Source: Sphingomonadaceae bacterium (GTDB lineage: Bacteria; Pseudomonadota; Alphaproteobacteria; Sphingomonadales; Sphingomonadaceae). Taken from it: a DNA stretch of 64,000 bases. Each line of letters opens with the position of its first letter. Within the stretch, counting starts at the first letter, position 1. The stretch lies in the NCBI GenBank assembly GCA_035566015.1, contig DATMRS010000017.1:43449-107448 (forward strand). Direction: 5' to 3'. The position numbers were made by a program, and so were the translations under genes. The notes beneath the pieces are model-generated. The model did no database searches and was not told where the DNA came from. It worked only from the letters and a program-made list of their open reading frames with translations. This document shows positions 48,819-57,735 of the stretch, piece by piece.

Positions 48819-49400
48819 GTGCGGCTGGTCCTTGCCTCCGCCAGCCCGCGCCGTCGCGACCTGCTCGCGCGTCTCGGCATCGTGCCCGATGTGATCGATC
48901 CGGCCGATATCGACGAGACGCCGACCAAGGGCGAACTGCCGCTGCCTTATGCGCGGCGCATGGCCGCGGCGAAGGCGCAGGTGGTGGCCGAACGCTATCC
49001 CGGCAGCCTGGTGCTGGCCGCCGACACGGTCGTCGCCGCCGGACGGCGCATCTTGCCCAAGGCAGACACGGAGGCCGAGGCGCGCGCCTGCCTCACTTTG
49101 CTGTCAGGCCGGCGTCATCGCGTCATTTCCGCTTTGTGCCTGATCGATGGCAGCGGACATGCGCGGCATCGCGAATCGATCAGCATCGTCGCCTTCACGC
49201 GCCTGACCGATACGGATATCGCGGCCTGTCTCGCGACCGGCGACTGGCAGGGTAAGGCCGGCGGCTATGCGCTCCAGGGCCGGGCGGAAGCCTATGTACG
49301 CTTCCTCTCAGGCAGTCATTCGGGCGTGGTCGGCCTGCCGCTATTCGAAACCCGCGCCCTGCTCTCCGCCGCCGGCTATGCGCCGCAAGCGGATGGCTGA
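48819..49400 (+). CDS. maf: Maf-family nucleoside triphosphate pyrophosphatase
   Basis: 193 aa. LVLASASPRRRDLLARLGI...LAADTVV...GKAGGYALQG. Confidence 0.88.
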   Translation: MRLVLASASPRRRDLLARLGIVPDVIDPADIDETPTKGELPLPYARRMAAAKAQVVAERYPGSLVLAADTVVAAGRRILPKADTEAEARACLTLLSGRRHRVISALCLIDGSGHARHRESISIVAFTRLTDTDIAACLATGDWQGKAGGYALQGRAEAYVRFLSGSHSGVVGLPLFETRALLSAAGYAPQADG

Positions 49401-50400
49401 GTGGCTCTATGAAGCCGGCATTGGCGAGGCGCGTGCGGCACTCGTCGAAGGGGATGCGATCGTAGAGGCACGAATCGAGCGCGAGGAGGAAGGGCCACGT
49501 GTCGGCGCCGTGCTGTCGGCGCGTTTGGTGCGGACGATGCCGGAAACGAAGCGGGCGCTCGTCACGCTCGAAAGCGGCGCACCGGCCATGCTGCGCCCCG
49601 TGCCGATGCGGATCGGCGAAGGCGCCCCCCTGCGCGTGACCATCACGCGTGAGGCGATTCCGGAGGAAGGCAATCCCAAACCCGCCTTGGCGCGGCTCGC
49701 TACAGAGGAGGAGGCGCCCTCCCCCGGCCCGTCGCTGCACGACAGGATCGTCGCCACTGGCCATCTGGTTCGCCAGTTGGATGCGCATGAGAGCGACGCT
49801 CTGGAGGCGGCCGGCTGGTCCGAAGTCTTGGAAGAAGCACACGGCGGCCTTATCGTCTTCCCCGGCGGGCTGCTTCGGTTGGCGCTGACTCCGGCCATGA
49901 CCCTGTTCGATGTCGACGGCTCGCTTGCCCCCGGGGCGCTGGCGATCGCCGGGGCAGCGGCCGCGGCACGCGCGATCCGGCGGCTCGACATCGGCGGTTC
50001 GATCGGCATCGATTTGCCCAGCGCACAGGGCAAGGCCGATCGCCAGGCTGCGGCGGCGGCGGTGGACGCATGGCTGCCGCCGCCATTCGAACGTACCGCC
50101 GTCAACGGCTTCGGCTTCCTCCAGATCGTCCGCCCGCGCCCGCGCGTGTCGCTGCCCGAGCGGATTCGCGTCGATCCGGTGCTGACGGCGGCGCTTGCGC
50201 TCCTTCGGCGCGCCGAGCGCGCGGGGGGCGCCGGCCGGCGCACGATCGCAGCCGCCCCTGTCGTTATCCGTCGTCTCGCCGCCGCGCCCCAATGGCTGGA
50301 GATGCTGGGGCGCAGAACGGGCGCGGCGATCGACTTGCGAGAGCTGCCGGGCGCGCCCATATCCGGCGGCGATGTCCATGTCGAACACCCGCCGGCCTAA
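49393..50400 (+). CDS. ribonuclease E/G-family protein (short form)
   Basis: In-frame part of ORF 49267..50400 from MAEWLYEAGIGEARAALVEGDAIVEA. ...LTLFDVDG...GGSIGIDLP...NGFGFLQIVRPR. The family call is from memory of the maf-rng-yacG synteny in alphaproteobacteria. Confidence 0.6.
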   Translation: MAEWLYEAGIGEARAALVEGDAIVEARIEREEEGPRVGAVLSARLVRTMPETKRALVTLESGAPAMLRPVPMRIGEGAPLRVTITREAIPEEGNPKPALARLATEEEAPSPGPSLHDRIVATGHLVRQLDAHESDALEAAGWSEVLEEAHGGLIVFPGGLLRLALTPAMTLFDVDGSLAPGALAIAGAAAAARAIRRLDIGGSIGIDLPSAQGKADRQAAAAAVDAWLPPPFERTAVNGFGFLQIVRPRPRVSLPERIRVDPVLTAALALLRRAERAGGAGRRTIAAAPVVIRRLAAAPQWLEMLGRRTGAAIDLRELPGAPISGGDVHVEHPPA

Positions 50401-50593
50401 GCGCGCCGTCTGCCCTTATTGCGGCGACCCCGCCGTCGCCGAGCATGCGCCTTTTTGCAGCAGAGGCTGCCGCGATCGCGATCTTCTCAAATGGCTTGGC
50501 GAGGGCTATCGCCTGCCCGGCCGCCCCGCGACGAGCGACGGTGAAGAAATCGACGCCGATGGGCTGGACAGCGAGCGGGACGGCCCTCTATAG
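50372..50593 (+). CDS. yacG: DNA gyrase inhibitor YacG (zinc-binding)
   Basis: In-frame tail of ORF 50195..50593. ...CPYCGDPAVAEHAPFCSRGCRDRDLLKWLGEGYRLPG is the four-Cys YacG motif. Confidence 0.8.
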   Translation: MSMSNTRRPKRAVCPYCGDPAVAEHAPFCSRGCRDRDLLKWLGEGYRLPGRPATSDGEEIDADGLDSERDGPL

Positions 50594-50609
50594 GCCCCCC
50601 GACGCTCCG

Positions 50610-50685
50610 GCCCAGGTAGCTCAGTTGGTAGAGCACGTGACTGAAAATCACGGTGTCGGCGGTTCGATTCCGTCCCTGGGCACCA
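50610..50685 (+). tRNA. tRNA-Phe (anticodon GAA)
   Basis: GCCCAGGTAGCTCAGTTGGTAGAGCACGTGACTGAAAATCACGGTGTCGGCGGTTCGATTCCGTCCCTGGGCACCA. Near-identical architecture to E. coli tRNA-Phe. Anticodon loop CTGAAAA. Confidence 0.93.
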
Positions 50686-50786
50686 TCCTTCCGTTCAGCA
50701 GCATCCGCCACCATCCTTGAAACCCTAGGTATTCTGCGGTATTTCACCTTTGTAGCGTTCGCAGACGTTCGATTGCGTTCGCTCAC

Positions 50787-50857
50787 ATACCCCCAATCTC
50801 GGGGGTGTTTTTGGGGGTATATCGCTGGGGTATCCTTCAAACGGGCAAAATACCCCC
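50787..50857. repeat. cluster of five GGGGGT(A/G)T motifs (both orientations) between tRNA-Phe and int
   Basis: ATACCCCC 50787-50794, GGGGGTGT 50801-50808, GGGGGTAT 50813-50820, GGGGTAT 50827-50833, ATACCCCC 50850-50857. Confidence 0.8.
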
Positions 50858-50868
50858 AGCTACGGGGC

Positions 50869-52119
50869 ATGGGCATGGCGCTCACCGATATAGCTGTTCG
50901 CACCGCGAAGCCGGGCGATAAGCCTTACAAGCTGTTTGATGGCGGCGGGCTGCACGTTGCCGTCACCCCGGCCGGAGGGAAACTCTGGCGGCTCAAATAC
51001 CGCCTTGCGGGCAAGGAAAAGCTGCTCTCGCTGGGAGCCTATCCGGCAACGTCACTATCTGCCGCTCGCAAGGCCGCCGATGCCGCCCGCGTCGATATGG
51101 CGGCGGGCGTCGATCCCTCGCTGGAGAAGCGCCGCGCCAAGGCCAAGGCCATACAAGGCGCTGGCGACACGTTCGCGGCCATTGCGGCGGAATATATCGC
51201 CAAGCGCAAGCGCGACGGGGATCGGCCCTATTCGCCTGCCACGGCGGCCAAGGTCGAATGGTTAGCCGCGCAGTTGACGCCTGCCATCGGCACCATCCCC
51301 GTTGCGTCGATCGAACCGAGCGACATTCTGGCGGCCCTGCGCAAGCTGGAGCGCAAGGGAAATCTGGAAACAGCGCGGCGATGCCTGCAATTCGCTTCGC
51401 AAGTGCTGCGCTACGCCGTCGCCACCGCGCGCCTCGCCAGCGATCCCAGCCGCGACTTGAAGGGCGCTCTTACCGCGCCGCGCGTGAAGCACCATGCCGC
51501 GATCATCGAGCCGGCGAAGCTGGGCGGCTTGCTCCGCGCCATTGACGGCTATCAGGGCGACGCCGTGACGCGGCTGGCGCTCCAGCTCGCGCCCCATCTA
51601 TTCGTCCGCCCCGGCGAACTGCGGCAGGCCCGTTGGGAAGAACTGAACCTGGCGGCGGCGACTTGGATGATCCCGGCGGAGAAAATGAAGATGCGCCGCC
51701 CCCATGCCGTCCCGTTATCCCGGCAAGCGCTTGCCATTCTTGACGCTCTACGGGCGATCACGGGCGGCGAGGAAGGCTATCGCGGCTATGTGTTCCCCTC
51801 GCTGCGGACGCGCCAGCGGCCGATGAGCGAGAACACGCTCAACGCGGCGCTGCGGCGGCTCGGCTATTCCAGCGACGAAATGACAGCGCACGGCTTCCGG
51901 GCGACGGCTTCCACGCTGTTGAACGAAAGCGGCAAATGGAGCGTCGATGCGATCGAACGCGCGCTGGCGCACGGCGACAGCGACGCGGTGCGCGCCGCCT
52001 ACCATCGCGGGGCGCACTGGAAAGAGCGCGTGGCGATGGCCCAATGGTGGAGCGATTATCTCGACACCCTGCGCAAGGGCGCGGACATTGTGCCGTTTCC
52101 CGGCCGGGAGGTGGGATAG
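50869..52119 (+). CDS. int: tyrosine-type site-specific integrase, P4/CP4-57-like (DUF4102 N-domain)
   Basis: In-frame part of ORF 50653..52119 from MGMALTDIAVRTAKPGDKPYKLFDGGGLHVAVTPAGGKLWRLKYRLAGKEKLLSLGAYP. C-terminal ...HGFRATAST...ALAHGDSDAVRAAYHRG catalytic region. Confidence 0.92.
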   Translation: MGMALTDIAVRTAKPGDKPYKLFDGGGLHVAVTPAGGKLWRLKYRLAGKEKLLSLGAYPATSLSAARKAADAARVDMAAGVDPSLEKRRAKAKAIQGAGDTFAAIAAEYIAKRKRDGDRPYSPATAAKVEWLAAQLTPAIGTIPVASIEPSDILAALRKLERKGNLETARRCLQFASQVLRYAVATARLASDPSRDLKGALTAPRVKHHAAIIEPAKLGGLLRAIDGYQGDAVTRLALQLAPHLFVRPGELRQARWEELNLAAATWMIPAEKMKMRRPHAVPLSRQALAILDALRAITGGEEGYRGYVFPSLRTRQRPMSENTLNAALRRLGYSSDEMTAHGFRATASTLLNESGKWSVDAIERALAHGDSDAVRAAYHRGAHWKERVAMAQWWSDYLDTLRKGADIVPFPGREVG

Positions 52120-52483
52120 AGTTTCACCGGACTCTCGGTCCGATGGAAGCGGGCTGGCGACAGGATAGCCCCACGAGGCTGGCCCTGCCACATTCGGGGC
52201 GCTTGGTGGGCGTCCAGCCTAGGCCGCGCCACCATCGACAATCCTATTTCGGCTGATCCCTTGACCCGCTTCACCGCCACCCCTGTCAACTGCTCGACGC
52301 GCTGCTAGCGACAGCCGCCGCGCGCGGACTGGAGGCGACGAAATGACGCTCAGAACCACACCTATTCTTCTTTAATTCTCTTAATAATATCAGTATTATA
52401 TAGGCACAATCAGTACCCGTTTTTGCGTGTTTTGCAGCCTCCGAAATGATAGAAGTTTGAGCTGTTTCTCGGAGGTTAGCACG

Positions 52484-53170
52484 ATGTCTCCAATCCCGAA
52501 TCGTCGCCATTTTCTCGCTGGTGGATTCGCGGCGCTTTACGCCTGCGGCGGGTTTAGCTCGCTTCATACGGCTCTCGCCAGACCGGTGCTCTTGCGTTCC
52601 TTCGCCGGGAACCGGACCGCTTCAAGCTTCGCTTCCTGCCTATTCCGGTACGAAGATGTCATGCCCAACGCCTTGGTCAGCGCCATTGAAACCGAGCTTA
52701 GCCATATTGTTGTGCAGCACGACAGTGAGGCGGAGGAGCGCCGAAGCGCCGAATTCTTCGCCTGGCTCACGGTCCGCGTGATCGCGCCGGCTTATCTACG
52801 GCGCGCCGGGTATGACCAGTTGGCGGCAGATTGCGAAAATCAGTCCGATTTGCGGGACGAAGCGCGCCCTTCGGCTACGGCACAACACACCATCGGCAAG
52901 CAATATGCCTACTCCCTGACTCCTCGACTCGCGAGCTTCGCTTATGGCGCGAGCGCCCACGCCTCGACAGCGACGTTCTATGCCGGCCATGAGGACATCG
53001 AAACCGTTATCGAGACGGGCCATTATTGCGCCCTCGCGCTGCTCGAAGGCTTCTCTTACGAAGACGCCTCGCCGGCCGACGCGGCGCAAATCTGGGCCTT
53101 TGCCGTGCGGGCGATCAACGCGGATCTCCAATTGAGTCAGGCAGATATGCCCGGCATGGTCTACGGCTGA
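52484..53170 (+). CDS. hypothetical protein with twin-arginine (Tat)-like signal peptide
   Basis: In-frame part of ORF 52427..53170 from MSPIPNRRHFLAGGFAALYACGGFSSLHTALA. GGAGG SD 8 nt upstream. No family recognised. Preceded by a locally AT-rich promoter-like patch. Confidence 0.6.
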   Translation: MSPIPNRRHFLAGGFAALYACGGFSSLHTALARPVLLRSFAGNRTASSFASCLFRYEDVMPNALVSAIETELSHIVVQHDSEAEERRSAEFFAWLTVRVIAPAYLRRAGYDQLAADCENQSDLRDEARPSATAQHTIGKQYAYSLTPRLASFAYGASAHASTATFYAGHEDIETVIETGHYCALALLEGFSYEDASPADAAQIWAFAVRAINADLQLSQADMPGMVYG

Positions 53171-53406
53171 ACGTGCCGGCCTGATCACGTCGGGCCGAAG
53201 CTCCTACGCGATGCGCGCCGCCTACCTCCACGGGCCACATTAGAAATAGCGCATCGCGGTGGTGCGGTGACCATCCCGACATGCTGTGAACGGAGGCGAA
53301 GGTTGCGCCGCTACAGGGCGAGCCTTGGCGGCATCCCCGGCTGGCGTTAAGTCTTGGGTGAAGGCGGGGGTCATGCCCGGCTCTAACGCTTTGCTCTGGG
53401 GGGTAA

Positions 53407-56400
53407 ATGTCCACGCCACTTCGCCGATTGCTTGCCCAATATCGGGCGGCATCCCGTACCGAACGCGAGAAGGGGACGTATTTCGAGCGGTTGGCGGTGG
53501 CCTTCGTCAAGCACGATCCGGGCATGGTGCAGGAATATGAGGATGCCTGGCTGTTCTCCGATTGGGCGAAGGCGCACCGGCTGGACGGGCGGGATATTGG
53601 CATTGATGCCGTCGCTAAAATCCGGGGCGAGGATAGCTTTTGCGCGATCCAGTGCAAATTCTATGCGGAGGGGTATCGCATCCAGAAAGGCGATATCGAC
53701 AGTTTTCTTAGCTCATCACAGACCAAGCATTTTTCCCGTGGCCTGATCATCGAAACGACTGGCGCGCCGTGGAGCGTCAATGCCACAGCGTTGCTGGACG
53801 ACCTGAATGTCACCACGCTTGATCTGGAGCGGCTTGAGCAGAGCCCGATTGATTGGGAGGCTTGGTTTCAGCGCGATGAAATCAAAGTCGCCCCGCCCAA
53901 AGTGTTGCGAGAGCACCAGCGTGACGCCCTCGCAGCCGTTCGGGAGGGGCTTGCGGAGGCCGATCGCGGCAAGCTGATCATGGCGTGCGGCACGGGCAAG
54001 ACGTTCACCAGCCTGAAAATCGCCGAGGGACAGGTTGGCGCGGGCGGCACCGTGCTGGTGCTGGTGCCGTCGCTGGCGTTGATGAACCAGACGATCCGCG
54101 AATGGACAATAGACAGCACGACGCCGCTGCGTTCCTATGCGGTGTGTTCCGATGTTCAGGTGGGCCGGCGGACGCGCGACAAGGATGACGTGGCGGAGGT
54201 TGACCTCCACGACCTGGACTATCCCGCCACAACCAACGCGGCCAAGCTGGCGTCCCGGTCCTCCTATCCGGCGGGCGACCGGATGACGGTGGTGTTTTCC
54301 ACCTATCAGTCGATTCAGGTCATAGCCGACGCGCAAAAGCGGTACGGCTTTCCCGAATTTGACCTGATCATCTGCGATGAGGCGCATCGCACGACCGGCG
54401 CGACCTTGGCGGGTGAAGACGAAAGCAATTTCGTCAAAATCCATGATCAGGACTTTATCGCAGGCCGGAAGCGCCTCTACATGACCGCCACGCCGCGCGT
54501 CTTTGGCGAGGCGGCCAAGGCCAAGGCGGGCGAGGTATCGGCCGCGCTGGCGTCGATGGACGACGAAGCGCTGTATGGCAAAACGCTGTTCACCCGTGGC
54601 TTTGGCTGGGCGGTGGAGCATGGCCTGCTGACCGATTACAAGGTGCTGGTGCTGGCCGTGGATGAAGCCATGGTGTCAACCGGCGTGCAGAACCGGCTGG
54701 CGGATGGCTCCAGCGAAATGAAGCTGGACGACGCGACCAAGATCATCGGGTGCTACAAGGCGCTGACCAAGAACGGCCAAAAGGGCGAGTTTGCCAACGA
54801 CGGCCAGCCGATGAAACGCGCTTTGGCGTTCTGCAAGGATATCGCGTCATCGAAGCTGATCCGGTCCGAATTTGCAGCGGTGGTCAGTGAATATCTGGCG
54901 TCCGATGAGGGCGAGGCAGCGATGGGCGACGCGGAGGCGCTGCTCTGCGAATTGCGCCATGTGGACGGCACGATGGGCGCGAAGGAACGCGGCGCGCATC
55001 TGGAATGGCTGAAGGAACAGCATGGCGAACGGATCGCGCGCATCCTAACCAACGCCCGCTGTCTGTCCGAAGGCGTGGACGTGCCCGCGCTCGACGCCAT
55101 CCTGTTCATGCACCCGCGCAAGAGCCAGATTGACGTGGTGCAGTCCGTCGGGCGGGTGATGCGTCGCGCGCCGGGCAAAACGATGGGCTATGTCATCCTG
55201 CCGATCGGCGTGCCCGCCGGGATGACCCCCGAACAGGCGCTGGCCGACAATGAGCGCTACCGCGTCATCTGGCAGATATTGAATGCGCTGCGCAGCCACG
55301 ATGAACGCTTCGATGCGATGATCAACAAAGCCGATCTTGGCGTGGACATAAGCGACCATATCGAGGTGATCGCCGTCAGCAACAAGCTACCGAGTGGCAA
55401 GACGACCACGCAGACCGGGCATATTGGCGCGGGCGGCGGTGGCGATGGCGAATCGTCTGAAGGCGACAGCACGCCCAAGGCCGCACCAGCCTTCCAGAAC
55501 GCCTTTGTGTTTGATGAATTTTCCAGGGCGATCATGGCGAAGATCGTCAAGAAATGCGGGCGGCGCGACTATTGGGAGGATTGGGCGGGCGACATTGCCA
55601 CAATCGCCCAGACCCATATCACCCGGATCAGCGCGCTGGTGCAAAAGCCGGGCACGTCCGAACGCGCGGCGTTCGAGGCTTTTCTGGCTGAAATCCGCGA
55701 TGACCTGAACGACAGCATCACCGAAGCCGACGCGATCGAAATGCTGGCGCAACATCTTATCACCCGCCCAGTGTTCGACGCGCTGTTCGAGGGGCACAGC
55801 TTCACCGGCAATAATCCGGTCTCGAAAGCCATGCAGACGGTGCTGGCGGCGCTCGACGAGCATCGGCTGGATAAGGAGGCGGACAGCCTCCAGCGCTTCT
55901 ATGACAGCGTGCAGCGGCGCGCGGCGGGCATTGATAATGCCGAGGCCAAGCAAAAGATCGTCGTCGAACTGTACGACAAGTTTTTCCGCAACGCCTTCCC
56001 CAAGATGACCGAGCGGCTGGGCATCGTTTATACACCGGTGGAGGTGGTGGACTTCATCCTCCATTCGGTGAACGAGGTGCTGCAATCCGAATTTGGACAG
56101 ACGCTGGGCAGCAAGGGCGTCCATATCCTTGATCCCTTCACCGGCACCGGCACCTTCATCACGCGGTTGCTGCAAACGGGCCTCATCAAGCCCGACGAGC
56201 TGGCCCACAAATACGCCCATGAAATCCACGCCAACGAGATCGTGCTGCTGGCCTATTACATCGCCGCGATCAATATCGAGGCGGTCTATCACGGCATCAT
56301 GGGTGGCAATTACGTGCCGTTCGAGGGCATCTGCCTGACGGACACGTTCCAGCTTTACGAGCAGGAACGCGATCTGATCGCACATCTGATGCCCGAAAAC

Positions 56401-57735
56401 AGCAACCGCCGCACCCGGCAAAAGGCGCTCGATATTCGCGTCATCATCGGCAACCCGCCGTATTCGGTGGGACAAGGCAGCGCGAACGATAATGCCGCCA
56501 ATGTCGATTATCCCCGATTGGACGGGCGAATCCGCGAAACCTATGCCAAGCGATCCAAGGCGACCAACAAGAATGCGCTCTATGACAGCTATATCCGCGC
56601 GATCCGCTGGGCCAGCGACCGGATCGGCGACGCGGGCGTGGTGGCCTATGTGTCCAACGCCGGATGGCTGGACGCCAACACCGCCGATGGCCTGCGGAAA
56701 TGTCTGGCGGATGAATTTGCCAGCATTCATGTGTTCCATTTGCGGGGCAATCAACGCACGTCGGGCGAGCGATCCCGGCGCGAAGGCGGCAAGATTTTTG
56801 GCAGCGGCAGCCGCACGCCCGTCGCCATCGCGCTGCTGGTCAAGAACCCCGCCGCCGCCGAACATGGCCAGATATATTTCCACGATATTGGCGATTATCT
56901 GACCCGCGAGGACAAGCTGGCGATCATCGCCCGGTTCAGCAGCATTGAAGGCATCGCGCGCGCGGGCGGCTGGCAGACGATCACCCCCGATGAGCATGGC
57001 GATTGGTTGGGGCAGCGTGACAAGGCGTTCGACGCCTTCCTGCCGATGGGGGACAAGGACAACAAATCGGGTGCGGTACTATTTGCGAACTATTCGAGAG
57101 GTATTGAAACTGGGCGCGATGCGTGGTGCTACAACGCTAGCCGCGAAACCGTGGCCCACAATATGCGCGCGATGATCGGCTTCTATAATGCTGAACTGGC
57201 GCGGTTCGACGCTGCCCACCCCCATGCCGACCGTAAGGCACGTGGCGACGCGGTGGACGGGTTTATCGACAATGACCCGACAAAGATCAGTTGGACTAGC
57301 AGCCTGAAAAGCGATTTGGCCAAAGGCGATGCGTTCACCTTTGAGGCATCAAACCTGACCCCCAGCCTCTATCGCCCCTTCACCCGCCAATGGCTCTACT
57401 ACACCGGCGATACCGTTCATCGTGTAGGCCAGATGCCGCGTATCTTTCCGATGGGCGAAGCTGCGACCAATCGGGTGATTATGGTGAAGGCACGTCCAGC
57501 CGAAGGCGGGCAGCTTGCCTTGATGGTGGACACCATCCCCGAACTGCAAACCGACGGCGGCACGCAATGTTTTCCTGAATACCTCTATGAGGCAGCCAAA
57601 GGTGTAGCCAGAACAGAACAGAACAGAACAGAACAGAACAGAACAATTATACCCTCCATTAACGGAGGAGCAAGAACAAAATCTGGTGATTTGCACGTCG
57701 GGCGGGGGGGCAGAAAGTCGCCTTCAGCGTATTGA
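53407..57735 (+). CDS. Type ISP-like restriction-modification enzyme: Mrr-like PD-(D/E)xK nuclease, SF2 helicase/translocase and gamma-class N6-adenine methyltransferase. Truncated before the C-terminal domain in the current frame.
   Basis: 1442-aa ORF. Nuclease: GIDAVAK...AIQCKFY. Helicase: ACGTGKT, ICDEAHRTTG, MTATPR, QSVGRVMR. MTase: DPFTGTGTF then IIGNPPYS. Then ...QCFPEYLYE, after which the frame runs through (CAGAA)7 into non-homologous sequence and stops. Confidence 0.88.
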   Translation: MSTPLRRLLAQYRAASRTEREKGTYFERLAVAFVKHDPGMVQEYEDAWLFSDWAKAHRLDGRDIGIDAVAKIRGEDSFCAIQCKFYAEGYRIQKGDIDSFLSSSQTKHFSRGLIIETTGAPWSVNATALLDDLNVTTLDLERLEQSPIDWEAWFQRDEIKVAPPKVLREHQRDALAAVREGLAEADRGKLIMACGTGKTFTSLKIAEGQVGAGGTVLVLVPSLALMNQTIREWTIDSTTPLRSYAVCSDVQVGRRTRDKDDVAEVDLHDLDYPATTNAAKLASRSSYPAGDRMTVVFSTYQSIQVIADAQKRYGFPEFDLIICDEAHRTTGATLAGEDESNFVKIHDQDFIAGRKRLYMTATPRVFGEAAKAKAGEVSAALASMDDEALYGKTLFTRGFGWAVEHGLLTDYKVLVLAVDEAMVSTGVQNRLADGSSEMKLDDATKIIGCYKALTKNGQKGEFANDGQPMKRALAFCKDIASSKLIRSEFAAVVSEYLASDEGEAAMGDAEALLCELRHVDGTMGAKERGAHLEWLKEQHGERIARILTNARCLSEGVDVPALDAILFMHPRKSQIDVVQSVGRVMRRAPGKTMGYVILPIGVPAGMTPEQALADNERYRVIWQILNALRSHDERFDAMINKADLGVDISDHIEVIAVSNKLPSGKTTTQTGHIGAGGGGDGESSEGDSTPKAAPAFQNAFVFDEFSRAIMAKIVKKCGRRDYWEDWAGDIATIAQTHITRISALVQKPGTSERAAFEAFLAEIRDDLNDSITEADAIEMLAQHLITRPVFDALFEGHSFTGNNPVSKAMQTVLAALDEHRLDKEADSLQRFYDSVQRRAAGIDNAEAKQKIVVELYDKFFRNAFPKMTERLGIVYTPVEVVDFILHSVNEVLQSEFGQTLGSKGVHILDPFTGTGTFITRLLQTGLIKPDELAHKYAHEIHANEIVLLAYYIAAINIEAVYHGIMGGNYVPFEGICLTDTFQLYEQERDLIAHLMPENSNRRTRQKALDIRVIIGNPPYSVGQGSANDNAANVDYPRLDGRIRETYAKRSKATNKNALYDSYIRAIRWASDRIGDAGVVAYVSNAGWLDANTADGLRKCLADEFASIHVFHLRGNQRTSGERSRREGGKIFGSGSRTPVAIALLVKNPAAAEHGQIYFHDIGDYLTREDKLAIIARFSSIEGIARAGGWQTITPDEHGDWLGQRDKAFDAFLPMGDKDNKSGAVLFANYSRGIETGRDAWCYNASRETVAHNMRAMIGFYNAELARFDAAHPHADRKARGDAVDGFIDNDPTKISWTSSLKSDLAKGDAFTFEASNLTPSLYRPFTRQWLYYTGDTVHRVGQMPRIFPMGEAATNRVIMVKARPAEGGQLALMVDTIPELQTDGGTQCFPEYLYEAAKGVARTEQNRTEQNRTIIPSINGGARTKSGDLHVGRGGRKSPSAY

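Noticed and set aside
52226-52245. Alternative attR-like match CACCATC just downstream of int, resembling the tRNA-Phe 3' end plus flank
   Set aside because: Only 7 nt match. It would leave an island containing just the integrase, and the GGGGGTAT arrays and AT-rich boundary at about 63.7 kb fit better.
55387-56997. 536-aa minus-strand ORF inside the R-M gene (also 53716..54621)
   Set aside because: Antisense to a frame carrying unmistakable helicase and methyltransferase motifs, with an Arg/Ala/Gly-rich composition. Shadow ORFs.
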